A stretch of DNA of 63,382 bases, counting the filler, from Basidiobolus ranarum (Eukaryota), in assembly GCA_040143965.1 (NCBI GenBank). It is 33 parts of 33 records of this genome, joined end to end, with 100 filler letters (N's around TTAATTAATTAA, not from the genome) between each part and the next. Parts side by side here need not be neighbours in the genome. Positions count along the whole stretch, not along the records: positions 23,156 to 24,981 come from JASJQH010004257.1; positions 25,082 to 26,906 come from JASJQH010004258.1; positions 27,007 to 28,831 come from JASJQH010004259.1; positions 28,932 to 30,755 come from JASJQH010004260.1; positions 30,856 to 32,678 come from JASJQH010004261.1; positions 32,779 to 34,601 come from JASJQH010004262.1; positions 34,702 to 36,524 come from JASJQH010004263.1; positions 36,625 to 38,446 come from JASJQH010004264.1; 25 more parts are not named here. One strand, 5' to 3'. Position numbers and translations under genes: made by a program. Within the stretch, counting starts at the first letter, position 1, and each line of letters opens with the position of its first letter. The notes below the pieces were generated by a model. The model saw only the letters and a list, made by a program, of their open reading frames with translations. It was not told where the DNA came from and searched no databases. Shown piece after piece: positions 23,156 through 36,739 of the stretch.

Positions 23156-24981
23156 ATTAGCATAAGGTAATACTGACAATTTCACATGGAGCATCATTTC
23201 ACCGCAGATGCACTCCATTGGGAACTCCCAGAATGTATAGTAAGGGCCTATAATCTCTAAGCATTGTGAAAGATGCAGCAGGGAATGTATTGAGTACTAG
23301 TATATATTCAGTCTGTCTTCTTTGAACCTGTAATAAAGTTTTTCATATTCAATTACAAAATCACTGCATGGTCACTGTACCTGCCTGAGATCTGCCAATG
23401 TGAGTTGATGCCATAGGAATATATTAACAATATCCACAAATAACTCCCAATGTTGCCTATACTTATCAGGTAGAAATTGTTTCAAAATTACACTTGAATA
23501 TATACAAATCCAATACTTCCAGTCTTTGAATTTGAATAAATGCCTAGATGAGTGGATATTGATGGGAGTCCTGGCAAAATATGATGGTATCTTGACATTT
23601 TCAAGCATTTTCCAAATTGATTCCAACTTGATCCTATCTCAAATGGCTCATTCATATTGATTTTTCCACCATATAGCTGAGTAAGTAGTATTGGAATGTT
23701 GTTGAATAGTAAATGCTTAGTGCCTAATGCAAAGCTCTGGCTCCAGCTCATTGCCTTTAGCAATATAACCTTAGGCTTATATCAAATACCAAGTTTGATG
23801 TTAGCCTGACTATTTTGTGAATTTATATTAGTGATCAAATTGAAATCTGACCAGCTCTTGATGGTAAAATCATGAAGTTTAGTGTTGTATTTGGATAATA
23901 GTAATGTGTATGCCTGTTATAGTACACTCCATTGATTTGACAAAATCTACAGCAAGATAGTGCATTGTGCCTACAAAAACCTCCAAGTTTAATGATGGCA
24001 GGAGTGTCACCAATAAATACAATGATATTTGCTTTAATAAAATATTCACCCATCTGATCCAAATTAGATAACTCTTCAAATTCCACAATCAAAGGCTTCA
24101 AGAAGCCATCTTAAGTTCTGGTGACTTAGGTCTACTTATGATGGATAGTTTCAAAATATATGACTCTTGTACCATTGATTAGAAGGAATATTCAAGATAA
24201 TAGAGATTATTGGCCAGCAAGCCTTTCCAACAGTACATTTATTTAGTGAGAAACCATCCAGAGCCAATGCAAATGCATGATTGTATGTGATCTCAAAGAA
24301 ACCTTGACTTTTCAGAGTCTAGCAGTGATATCCATCAAGCATATTGGTAATACCATCAGCTTTATGGTGAGTACTTTGGTATTGGATCAATGATCTATAT
24401 TTATGTGATTTCATCAAAACTTTAAGATGGGGAATCAATGGTATGTAAGCAAAATATGAACAATATTTACCTGTATATGAAATAGTAAGGTGGATAAAGA
24501 TAGAGAAAACAAATATGATAAAGAAAATAAACTTCAACAGCAATCAATGGTGTGTAAGACAAATATGAGCAATATTTACCTGATTCAGTGATTGCTAATT
24601 CTGATCAAACAGTGTATGACTTCATGTTTTTAGATCATCAGTTAAAGCCAAACAAACATTTGGACATGAAGATAGTTATCTTACTGAAGGAATATAACTC
24701 ATAAAATTGGTAAGTGTGTTCCACTTGTACCAGGTCTGTGGCAAGCAACAGTCACCAATCAACTGAGGTAAAAGTGTGAGAAAACCAATAAACACCTGGT
24801 TGCTAAGATTGGATTGAACTTTCCACTCCTCAATAATCAAAGCAGCTTCCTTTACAGTAAGTGTTATGAGTGGACTAATTTTTGCCAATAACAAAGAGTC
24901 CATAACAAACTGCCATCTTCTTCAACTTCTGATATACTACCATTGGTACTGGAACAACTGAGATCAACATCTTTCAGCAAG
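23156..24981 (-). mobile_element. CACTA transposase pseudogene (central part) with an LTR-E fragment at 24474-24539
   Basis: GDTPAIIKLGGFCRHNALSCCRFC, DWKYWICIYSS, WEFPME motifs. Confidence 0.9.
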
Positions 24982-25081
24982 NNNNNNNNNNNNNNNNNNN
25001 NNNNNNNNNNNNNNNNNNNNNNNNNTTAATTAATTAANNNNNNNNNNNNNNNNNNNNNNNNNNNNNNNNNNNNNNNNNNNN

Positions 25082-26706
25082 ACAATTCTGGGCTGAATTG
25101 GTTGCAACTGCAGTATATATCAGGAATAGATATCCTTATAGGGCTCTATTGGCTATGACACTTTATCAAGCTTGGTTTGAAAGTAAATCTGATGTGGCTA
25201 ATCTCAGAGCTTTTGGAAGTACTGCATATGCACTGATTTCAGACCAGGAGAGATCAAAATTTGACCAAAAAAGTCTGAAATGTCTTTTTTTGTGATATTG
25301 AGATGGAACAAAAGGGTACAGAATATATGACACTGAAAATAAGAGGCTAATAAAGTCAAGGGACATGGAATTTGCCGAAGAAAAATCTTTCAATCAAAAC
25401 AATCTAGGATCAAGAAAAACAATCAAAATTGATGACCATTGGTCCTTTTCTCACCAGATCCGGATCAGTGAGAAAATATTGAAAATTCCTCACCTGCAGT
25501 CTCCTCAACTGAGCCTGAGGTGATTTCTTTGCTGAAATTGGTACCAGAAGTTGAAGTGCCAATTTCTCATCTTAGCAGATTCAGTTGAATGAGATCTCCA
25601 CCCGATTACTACTCTCACACTAGCCAAAAGGAGCCTAGTGCTAATTTAACCTTTTATTATGAACCCAAATCAGTAGAGGAGGCTGTGGAGAGGCCCAACA
25701 TGGAGTTTTGGAGTGCTGCAATGGCAGAGGTGTATCATTCACTCTTAGATAACCAAACTTGGACTTTGGTTAAGTTATGTGATGACCAAAAATCTATTGG
25801 AAATAGGTGTCTAGAGTCAAACAGTAAGCTGATGGATCTGTACAAAGATGTAAAGTCAGACTTATGGCTCAAGGATACTCTCAAATGGAAGGAGCAGACT
25901 ACAATAAAACATTTGCTCCTGTAACTAAGTTTAATTCCATCAGAACTGTACTAGCAGTAGCAGCAAAACCCAGCTTTAAATCCATCAAATGGATGTAAAA
26001 ACTGCTTTTTTGAATAGGGACTGGAAAGAGGTTACATCCATGGATCACCAGATGGTTTGGTGAATCATGAGCACCCTGAGGACATGTGTAAGCTACAAAA
26101 ATCACTTTATGTACTTAAACAATCACCCAGGGCATGGTACAATAAGATAGACACATACTTGGAATCAATTTATTTCCAAAAGAGTACAGTGGATTTTGGG
26201 ATCTACGTTATGACAGATAAGGACAGTAATGTGATACTTGCCTTATACGTAGATGATCTGATGATAGTCACCAATAATGATGAAGCTCTCAGGAACACCA
26301 AAAGAGATCTATCCTTCCAATTTAAGATGCCCAATTTTGGTGAATTTACATATTTTTTGGGCCTGCAGATCCATACAGATCCCTGACAAAAGAATTTAAA
26401 TATGCGTTTCATACTATTTTCTGATTATCAGATATTTGAAGGGGACAATTGATCTGGGATTAAGATACACATATTCTTATAAGAATAAGGATCTAATTGG
26501 GATTAGTGATGCACATTGGGGACTTGATATTGAAGATAGAAGATCTATCAGTGAATATACCTTTCTCTATAGTGAAGCAGCCATATTTTGGAATAGCAAG
26601 AAACAACCCACTGTAGCACTTTCAACAACTGAAGCAGAGCATCACATGCAACAAAGGAGGCTGTGTGGTTAACGAAACTGTTCAAAGATTTAAACAACTT
26701 TCAAAG
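25082..26706 (+). mobile_element. Ty1/Copia integrase-RT-RNase H remnant
   Basis: SLYVLKQSPRAWY, LYVDDL, SDAHWG, WNSKKQPTVALSTTEAE. Confidence 0.93.
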
Positions 26707-26906
26707 TTTACCATTTCAGAAACAGTAGTTTACACTTCTGTGGCATATTTAGGAAAAAGTACTTTTAGACATTAGTGCACATTCAAAAGACGATGACAGA
26801 TGTATTCATAGTGTCTAAAGTCTAGAGCTCTCAATGGATATCTTTGAGTATGAATGTGTTGAGAATAATTAACATTTTGACTACTCTGCCTAACTTTGAT
26901 TAAGGG
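26707..26906 (-). mobile_element. Second copy of the IS5/Harbinger-like element 3' region
   Basis: Collinear with about 14882-15080 (TTTACCATT...GCACATTCAAAAGA...CTAGAGCTCTCAATGGATATC). Confidence 0.75.
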
Positions 26907-27070
26907 NNNNNNNNNNNNNNNNNNNNNNNNNNNNNNNNNNNNNNNNNNNNTTAATTAATTAANNNNNNNNNNNNNNNNNNNNNNNNNNNNNNNNNNNNNN
27001 NNNNNNGGAGCCTAAGGCCTTTCATGTTTAAAAAGTGAGCTGCAATTTGGAGTGTTATAAGCTAAAAATT

Positions 27071-28831
27071 CCATAACAAAAATAAAATTGATTTGACCTG
27101 GATTGGATCCACCCTTCTAAATTGCAAAACCATCAGAGAACCATCACAATATTGGTGGCTTGCATTCCGCCAGGGATTTTGATGGTGTGACAGTGGTTTC
27201 TTGATGGTATTTTGATGGTTTCATACATGTTAAAATACTGCTCCTCATATTTGGCATGCATTATTAATTTCCAGCAATTTTTGCACAAAATAATTTTTGA
27301 ATGGCAAATTACTGGGTTTACTACTGTTGGAACTCAAATTACTATGCCTGCCTTTATTTAGAGAGTTTTGGCTTTACATTCAAGCCATAATGAGAATCAA
27401 AAAATGCAAAAATCTTGTTGAGTTTAGTCTCTGCATATGCACATACTTGACTGATGAGACATAACTCAACAACTTCAATATGCTTTGCCAGCAAACTAAA
27501 GGTAGAAAAATTGCTGAACATCTGAAATTTTGAATAGCACTGACACTGGGCAAATAGCTGACTCTTGTTTCCATTCACAATGAGAATAAGCTTTTAGACT
27601 TTGGCAAATTTCCATAAAGAATTCAGCCAATTTATCCCCAACTTGCAGTTAACAAATTTCTTGCCACAAGTAGATGTATCATTGCTTGAATAAATTACCC
27701 CATGGCTAAAACAATAATACTGCAAATCTTGATCTATCTCACCAAGAAGTCTGTCTTGCAGCTTTCCTAGAAATACCATCAGTTTATTATACAAACAAAT
27801 TAGTCCAAATTTTAGAGATACTTACTCTATGTCCATGAATTGGGCTTTGTTGCTGTTATTGTGCTCAAACAATGCAAAAACCCATGACCACATTGAAAAG
27901 AGCCCTTTGCTGGAAGGTTAATATACTCTGGAGTCTCCTTAACCCATTGCATTATATCCATCACCAATTTTGCTGATGCAGTGTTGATCAGATCAGCATA
28001 CAGTAATACAAATGATTTCACACAGAGCATCATTTCATCAAAGGAGCACTCCATTGGGAGCTCCCAGAATGTATAGCAAGAGCCTATAATCTCTAAGCAT
28101 TGTGAAAGATGCAGCAGCAAGTGTATGGAATACCTGCATAGATTCAGTGTATCTTCTTTAAGCCTGTAATCAAGTTTTTCATAGCCGATTATAAAATCCT
28201 TGCACAGTCATTGAATCTGCCTGCAAGCTGCCAATGTGAGTTGATGCTGTAAGAATAAACTAACAATATCTACAAACAACTCCCAATGTTGCCAAAACTT
28301 ATCAGGCAGAAATCTTTTCAAATTCCACTTGAATATAAAAATATCCAATACTTCCAGTCTTTGCATTTAAATACATACCTAGATGAGTTGATATTGCTGG
28401 GAGTCCTGGTAAAATATGATGGTATCTTGATGTTTTCAAGCATTTTCCCAATTGATTCAAATGTTGATCCTATCTTGAATTGCTCATTCATATTAAATTT
28501 TCCACTACATAGATGAGTAAGTATATTGGAATGTTGTTAAATAGTAGGTGCATAGTGACTTATGGGAAGCTCTGGCTCCAGCTGATCCCCTTTAGCAGTA
28601 TAATCTTAGGCTTACAGCTAATACCAAGTTTGATGTAAGACTGACTATTTTGTGAATCAATATCACTGATCATGTTGAAATCTGACTGGGCTCTTGATGG
28701 TGAAATCATGGAGTTTAGTGTTGTATTTGGATAGTAGTAATGTGCATGGCTGATAGAGTAAACCCCATTGATTTGACAAAATCTACAGCAAGATAGTGCA
28801 TTGTACCCACGAAAACTTCCAAGTTTACTGA
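27071..28831 (-). mobile_element. CACTA transposase 3' half through the right terminus (CCATAACAAAAAT at 27071)
   Basis: Continuous from the HNALSCCRFC region to the stop and subterminal region; links the right end to the transposase. Confidence 0.9.
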
Positions 28832-28931
28832 NNNNNNNNNNNNNNNNNNNNNNNNNNNNNNNNNNNNNNNNNNNNTTAATTAATTAANNNNNNNNNNNNN
28901 NNNNNNNNNNNNNNNNNNNNNNNNNNNNNNN

Positions 28932-29929
28932 CTCTTTCTTTTCCTTTTTTTCTTTCTTGGACTTCTTTACGCTCTCCTCAGTGGTTTCTTCCGCCTTACG
29001 TTTTTTCTTTTCTTCTTTGGTGGACTTTTTCAAAATCAGGTCTTTATCAATACGAGAAAGTTTTCCCGATTGATCACCACGAGCACCTTTTCTAGCAGTG
29101 CGACCGTCGCAGGCTTCGAAAAGTTCTTTATCAGATATTCTCATGGAATAATCTTTGGTTTCTTCGTTGGTTACTTTAGTAATAATTCTGATATCAATTA
29201 ATGGTAAGTTAGAACGACTAAATTAATTGAATAAAGAACGGTTTGGTAAGAAGGGTACGTACTCGGTATTGTTTTGAATGGTATTACCACTCTTGACAAA
29301 TAATCCATATAATAGTGATTTTGCTTTAGGAGTTGGGGTAGAGACTCCACTTTCAACGTCGGAGCTTTCTACAGAAGAAGAGACTGCACTAGGACGTTCA
29401 GTGCTGATGATACCCATTCTATTACGTTGTGCCTCACCACCTTGCTTGCTAACTGAAACCTATTTGAAAGATAGCTTAGCTAAGGGCTCTTACATAGTGT
29501 GCTTAGACGAGGAATACTCACTCCTTCTGAAGATTTTTCGATTTTAATACTATTGGAAGTTTTGTTATAGACGTGGTCCCACCAAGCGAAATCGAATTGC
29601 TCCTTGGCTCCCAACTATATATTGCAAATACTTGATAAATAAAGGATAAAAGAGCAAGTGCATACACACGTATAGTAAAGTGAAAACTCACTTACCCCTT
29701 TAGTATCGTTCTTTTTCACAACGGAAATAGCACGCTTGATACCTTCATTATTACGACCAAGACCCTTTCCTCTATTAAAATATTTTGAAAAAAGAACACA
29801 AATAAATCAGAAACGACATTCTAGGCAGAGATATGAAATGAAGGGTATCCTATAAGTTTACTTGTCACTAAAAACAACTTACTTTTGCCAACCAAACTTG
29901 GTTAATTGAGCTTCAGCGAAATCCGACAT
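28932..29929 (-). CDS. G-patch protein, GPATCH4/Tma23-like; exons 29883-29929, 29696-29771, 29522-29614, 29263-29459, 28932-29187 (3' truncated)
   Basis: Spliced MSDFAEAQLTKFGWQKGKGLGRNNEGIKRAISVVKKNDTKGLG...WWDHVYNKT...ISDKELFEACDGRTARKGAR...KLSRI and K/E-rich tail; four GT-AG introns (111, 81, 62, 75 nt) keep the frame. Confidence 0.9.
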
Positions 29930-30633
29930 ATTTCAAAATAAACTCAACTATATGGATAAAAGAGTGAACGTTACCAAAATATGGAGATTTATGTTGAGGT
30001 AAGAGTGAGCTCAAACAAATCCTTGTAGAACAATCCAAAGAATCGAACCATTTCTCTAATACAGTTGGAATATTTCAACTTTTTTTTTCTTTTTTTCCCT
30101 TCGATTATATTCCCTCAACATTCAACATTTCATCTGCATTCTTTTTTGTGAATCGGAGTATTCTGATGAGTTGGAGTGATTCCAGAATAGATTACATCCA
30201 TTCGGCAAAGGGGTAGGATTTGGAGTGATGATTGATTGATGTTATTACTAAGAGAAAACCAATAGATATTCAAAATTGTACTCCAACGACATGATGGATA
30301 TTTATTGAGTAAACTGGAAATAAGATAAGGCTAAAATAGAATAAAGAGTCCATTTCGAGATGAAAATCATGGATTTTCTTTTTCGATCCCCCTTTTCATT
30401 CGAAGATAAAAATATACCAAAGTGAGGGTAGGGAGTGTGCGTTCGGTGAGGTGAAATTAAGAGATCATGATTCCATTTTACCCTATGGATCTATCCTTCA
30501 TTTCTGGAATTCTACATCGTTTTGTATGGAATTCGCGGTTGGAATCTGGTGGAATTAAGATATCTGCTAGAAAAATGGTGACTTCTTATAAGTGACTTCG
30601 GACTATTTACATAGGGGAATGCGTCTGGTTATA

Positions 30634-30755
30634 TCATTGGGCCGTGTTCACCTCCGCATCTAAAGGTACACTCAGTTGTGCTCGAGGAGGGTACATTGGG
30701 TTTGGGTATGGCTGTGCTGGTGGGTACCCATGATTTACCGCTGTTGAGTTTGCGT
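30634..30755 (-). CDS. Possible C-terminus of an unknown host gene (Pro/Tyr-rich tail)
   Basis: Open frame from the contig edge: ANSTAVNHGYPPAQPYPNPMYPPRAQLSVPLDAEVNTAQ*; CpG retained as in host DNA. Confidence 0.4.
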
Positions 30756-30855
30756 NNNNNNNNNNNNNNNNNNNNNNNNNNNNNNNNNNNNNNNNNNNNT
30801 TAATTAATTAANNNNNNNNNNNNNNNNNNNNNNNNNNNNNNNNNNNNNNNNNNNN

Positions 30856-32399
30856 TTCAATCTAATTTTAGCCACCAGGTGTTTATTGGTTTCTTGCAAT
30901 TTAACCATAGTTGCTTGGCAACTGTTGCTTGTCACAGACCTGGTACAAGTGGAAAACACTTGTCAATCATATGACTTATAATCCTTCAGTAATTAATCTA
31001 CCTTCATGTCCAAACGGTGGTTTGGCCTACACCGGTGATCTGAAAAACCTGAAGTCATGGACTGTTTGCACACAATTGGCAATGATGAATCAGGTAAATA
31101 TTGCTCATATTTGGCTTATATACTAGTGATTCCCCATCTTGAAGTTTTGATGAAATCACCCAGATGGAGATCATTGATGCAAAACTGAGGTACTCTCTGT
31201 AAAGCCAATGGTATTACTAATATACTTGATGAATATCACTAGCAAAATCTGAAAAGTCAAGGTTTCTTTGAGAACACATATGATCATGCATTTGAATTGG
31301 CTCTGGATGGTTTCTCACTAAATAATTATACCATTGGAAAGGCTGGCTGGCCAATAATTTTAATCAACTAAAATCTTCCTCCTTCTGAAAGGTATAAGAG
31401 TCACAATACTTTGACACTATCCATCATATCTGGACCTAAATTACATGTGCTTATAGATTGATGCTTGGAGCCTTTGATTGTGTATATGAACAGTTATCTA
31501 AAGGGATTCAGATGGGTGAAAATTTTATTGAAGGTAATATCATTGTATGTATTGGTGAAACTCCTGCCATCAGTAAACTTGGAGGTTTTTGCAGGCACAA
31601 TGCACTATCTTGCCGTAGATTTTGTCAAATCAATGGAATATGATCCATCAGGTGGATGCTTTACTACAATCCAAATACAAAACTAAACTCTATGATTTTA
31701 CCATCAATAGCCCAGTCAGATTTTGGCATGATCACTGATATCAATTCACCAAATAGTCAGTCCAACATCAAATTTGATATTAGCTTTAATTCTAATATTA
31801 TATTGCTCAAGGGGATCAGCTGGAGCCAGAGCTTCTCATTAGGCACTATGCACTTACCATTCAACAACATTCCAATACCAGTAACTCAGCTATATAGTGG
31901 AAAATTCAACATGAATGAGCCATTCAAGATTGGATCATAGTTTGAATAAATTGGGAAAATGCTTGAAAATGTCAACGTACCTTCATATTTTACCAGGACT
32001 CCCATCAATATCCACTCATATAGGCATTTATTCAAATGCACAGACTGGAAGTATTGGATTTGTATATATTCAAGTAGAATTTTGAAAAGATTTCTGCCCA
32101 ATAAGTATTGTCAACATTGGGAATTGTTTGTCAATATTCTTAATATATTTTTACAGCATCAACACACATTGGCAAATCTAAGCCAGATACAGCAACTGTC
32201 CAAAGATTTTGTAATTTGAAATGAAAAACCTTATTACAGGTTGAAAGAAGATAGACTGCATCTATGCCAGTATTCAATATATTCCCTGTTACATCTTTCA
32301 CAATGCTTAGAGATAATATGCCCTTGCTATCCATTCGGGGAGCTCTCAATGGAGCACACCTGTGGTGAAATGAGCTCCTTGTAAATTTTTCAGTATTAC
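30856..32399 (+). mobile_element. CACTA transposase pseudogene interrupted by another copy's end
   Basis: LALDGF, WPIILIN, GETPAISKLGGF, GTMH, ME motifs. Confidence 0.9.
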
Positions 32400-32678
32400 C
32401 CCTAACAAAAATAAAATCGATTTGATCCGGATCGGATCCACCCTCCAAAATAGCAAAACCATCAGAGAACCATCACAATATTGTTGGCTTGCATTCTACC
32501 AGGGATTTTGATGATGTGACGGTGGTTTCTTGACGGTATCTTGGCAGTATTCATACATGTTAAAATATTGATCCTCAAATTTGGCATGCGTTATTCAATA
32601 TCCAGCAATTTTAGCAAAAATATAATTTCCGAATGGCAAATTACAGGGTTTACTGCTGTAGGAATTTGAATTAATATG
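32400..32678 (-). mobile_element. CACTA right end inserted into a CACTA transposase
   Basis: CCCTAACAAAAATAAAATCGATTTGATCCGGATCGGATCC..., the reverse complement of about 17415-17692. Confidence 0.88.
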
Positions 32679-32778
32679 NNNNNNNNNNNNNNNNNNNNNN
32701 NNNNNNNNNNNNNNNNNNNNNNTTAATTAATTAANNNNNNNNNNNNNNNNNNNNNNNNNNNNNNNNNNNNNNNNNNNN

Positions 32779-34601
32779 AATTTACACCAAAATTCAGCTA
32801 CACCATCTGCAAAATTAGATGATGCATTTAATGTACCAAATATAGCCAAGAATCTACTCTCAGTAAGACAAGCAACACCTCAAGGACTCAATTTTCCATT
32901 CAGTAAGGTTAGATGCACTATCACAGATCAGAATAATATCAAATTAGCTACTGGGAACAAAACTCAAAACTTATACAAGCTAGAAATTAACAAATTGCAT
33001 TCTGAGCATGCAAGCTTGGCCAAAACTGGTGAAACAAGCTGTCAAATGTGGCGTAAAAGATTAGGCCACATTGGGGAACAAAAACTGACCCAAATGATCT
33101 GCAATTAGCTTGTTTTGGGCTTAAAAATTGAAAATATCACTAAATTGGATCTGTGTGAAGGTTGCATGTGTGGAAAACATCACATAGAGCCATTTTCAAG
33201 CTCTGGAGAGTTCAAATCCACTCCAAATTGTGCCCTGATTCATTCTGACCTATGTGGGCACATGAAAAATGTCTGACTAGGTGGGAAAAGGTACTTTATG
33301 ACCTTTATTGATGGTAAAACAAGATATACCTGGGTATTCTTACTCAAATCAAGATTGGAAGCTTCAGCTATGTTCAAGCACTTCAAAGCAATGGTAGTGA
33401 AAGAATCAGTACAAAGAAATAAGGGTACTAAGGAGTGATAATGGTGGAGAATACTGCTCTAAAGCCTTGCTAGTTTTTGCACTAAACATGTAATGAAGCA
33501 ACAAACTACTGTACCTTATACTCCACAGCAAAATGGAGTTGCAGAATGTGCTAATAGAACCATAGTCAAGATGGCAAGATCATTGTAACATGATCAAAAG
33601 TTAGATTACCAACATTAGGCTGAATCTGTCTCTACTGCAGTCTATACCAAAACAGATGCGCAACAAGATTGCTACAAAATTCTACTTCATTTGAAGCCAT
33701 ATATGGATCAAAACCAAGTGTGGATTATTTCAGGATCTTTGGTTGCACAGCATATTGCCAAATTCCAGCTCAAAAACACTCTTAATTGGAACCCAAAAGC
33801 AGAAAGTGCATATTTCTTGGTTACTGTGATGGATGTAAAAAATTGATACCAAAAATCAGAAGTTAATCAAGTGCAGAGATATGAATTTTGATGAAAAAGC
33901 AAATTTTTCACCTCCAATCACAGTTTTGATCCAGAAAATACAATCAGCAATATTCAGGAAGTGTCAGATGAAATTCTAGCTATATCTGAGCACTATTCAA
34001 TAGATTTTCCAGTCCCAATTACATCAGAGGATGATTCAGGACCCAGCAGATCATCCAGAAGGACAAATAAGCCAGGAAACTGGTGAAACACTTTCAATGA
34101 TGATGTATATGCTTATGCAGCATTATGTGACAAGCCACAGACTCAAGATCCAGCTCTGGAGTGTCCAGAATCATAACTATGGGAAAAAGCAATGTCAGAT
34201 GAGTTCTCTTCACTTCATGACAATAAAACATTGGTTTTAAGACCTCTTCCATCAGGGAGAAAGCTGATAGGTTGCAAATGGGTCTACAAAGACAAAAACC
34301 AAGCTAATGCAACCATTAAAAGGTACAAAGCAAGATTAGTTACAAAGGCTATTACCAGACTGCAGGAGTTGATTTTAATGAAACTTTTGCTCCAGTAGCT
34401 AAGTTTGGGTCCATTAGATCATTCCTGGCACTCTCAGCCATCCATAACCTTGATCTACATCAAATGGATTTAAAAACAGCCTTTCAGAATGGAAATCTAA
34501 AAGAAGAGATCTATATGGAGCAATCAGATGGATTTGTTAACCCAAAACATCCTGATAAGGTCTGTAAACTACATAAATTACTATATGGACTCAAGCAAGC
34601 A
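32779..34601 (+). mobile_element. Ty1/Copia pol remnant (protease end, GAG-pre-integrase, integrase, RT start)
   Basis: NLLSV, WRKRLGH..CEGC, IHSDLCG, TPQQNGVAE, IGCKWVYK, YKARLV, LYGLKQA. Confidence 0.93.
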
Positions 34602-34701
34602 NNNNNNNNNNNNNNNNNNNNNNNNNNNNNNNNNNNNNNNNNNNNTTAATTAATTAANNNNNNNNNNNNNNNNNNNNNNNNNNNNNNNNNNNNNNNNNNN
34701 N

Positions 34702-36524
34702 GATTATGTTGATCCATAGATTTTGATACTATCAATCATATCTGGACCTATATCACCAGTGCTTGTAGATAGCTTCTTGGAGCCTTTGATTGTGGAATTT
34801 TAACAGTTATCTAATGTGGTTCAGATGGGTGAATATTTTATTGAAGCTAATATCATTGTATATATTGGTGACACTCCTGCCATCAGTAAACTTGGAGGTT
34901 TGTGTGGGCACAACAAACTCTCTTGCTGTAGATTTTATCAAATCAATGGAGTTTACTCTAACAGGCATACACATTACTACTATCCATATATAAACTTAAA
35001 CTTCATGATCTTACCATCAAGAGCCTGGTCAGATTTCAATATAATCACTGATATCAATTCACCACACAGTCAGTCTAACATCAAACTTGATATTAGCCAT
35101 AAGCCTAAGATTATATTGCTAAAGGGGATCAGCTGGAGCCAGATCTTCCCATTAGGCACTATGTGCTTACTATTCAACAACATTTTTATACTACTTACTC
35201 AGCTATATAGTGGAAAATTCCATATGAATGAGCCACTTGAGATAGGATCAAAGTTTGAATCAATTGAGAAAATGCTTGAAAACATCAAGATACCATCATA
35301 TTTTACCACGACTCCCACCAATATCCACTCATCTAGGCATTTACTCAAATTCAGACTGAAAGTATTAGATTTTTATATATTCAAGTAGAATTTTAAAAAG
35401 ATTTCTGCCTGATGCATATTGGCAAAATTCGGAGTTGTTTGCGGATATTGTTAGTATATTTAATAGCATTAACGCACATTGGCAGATCTCCAGCAGCTAC
35501 AGTGACTATGCAAAGATTTTGTAATTGGATATGATAAACTTTATTACAGGCTTAAAGAAGATAGACTAAATTTATGCCAGTATTCAATACATTCCCTGCT
35601 GCATCTTTCACAATGCTTAGAGATTATAGGCCCTTGCTATACTTTCTGGGAGTTCTCAATGGAGTGCACCTGTGGTGAAATGATGCTCTGTATGAAATTG
35701 TCAGTAATACCATATGTTAATCTGATTAACAATGTATCAGCAAAATCAGTGATGGATGTAATGCAATGGGTTAAGGAGACTCCAGAGTTTATTAATATGC
35801 CAAAAAAGGGCTCTTTTCAATGTGCTCATGGGTTGTCACATTGTTTGAGCACAATAACGGCAACAAAGTCCAATCCATGGACACAGAGTAAGTACCTCTA
35901 AATTTGGACTAATTTGCTTGCATGATAATCTGACGGTATTTTTAAGAAAGCTGCAAGACAGACTTCTTGGTGAGATAAATGGAGATATGTAGTATTATTG
36001 TTTTAGCCATGGGGTATTCTATTCAAGCAATCACACATCTACTTGTGGTGGGACATTTGTTGACTGCAAGTTGGGGTTATATTGGTTGAATTCTTTACGG
36101 AAATTTGCCAAAATCCAAGAGCTTATTCTCATTGCAAACAATAACAAGAGTCAGCTATTTGCCAAGTGTCAGTGTTATTCAAAATTTCAGATGTTTAGCA
36201 GTTTTTCCACTGTTAGTTTGCTGGTAAAGCATATTGATGTGGTTGAGTTATTTCTAATAAGTCAAATATGTGCATATGTAGAGACTAAACACAACAAGAT
36301 TCTTGTATTTTTTGTTTCTCATTATGGCTGGAATACAAACCCTAAAATATCTAAATAGAGGCATGCATATTAATATGAATTCCTATATATGTATATGTAG
36401 AGACTAAACACATCAAGATTCTTGTATTTTTTGATTCTCATTATGGCTGGAATACAAAGACTAAAATATCTAAATAAAGGCATGCATTTTAATTCAAATT
36501 CCTACAGCAGTAAACCTAGTAATT
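34702..36524 (+). mobile_element. CACTA transposase pseudogene, central to C-terminal, with a 119-bp tandem duplication at the stop region
   Basis: Catalytic-region motifs; units start at 36274 and 36393. Confidence 0.9.
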
Positions 36525-36739
36525 NNNNNNNNNNNNNNNNNNNNNNNNNNNNNNNNNNNNNNNNNNNNTTAATTAATTAANNNNNNNNNNNNNNNNNNNN
36601 NNNNNNNNNNNNNNNNNNNNNNNNAGAATATAGGGGCTATAGATACGTTGCTTTCTGTTTCTGATATATGTATCATAACTAAAGTTAACTATGATGTTGA
36701 ATAAAGATTAATTATCCAACAAGTACATATGTTGTCATC

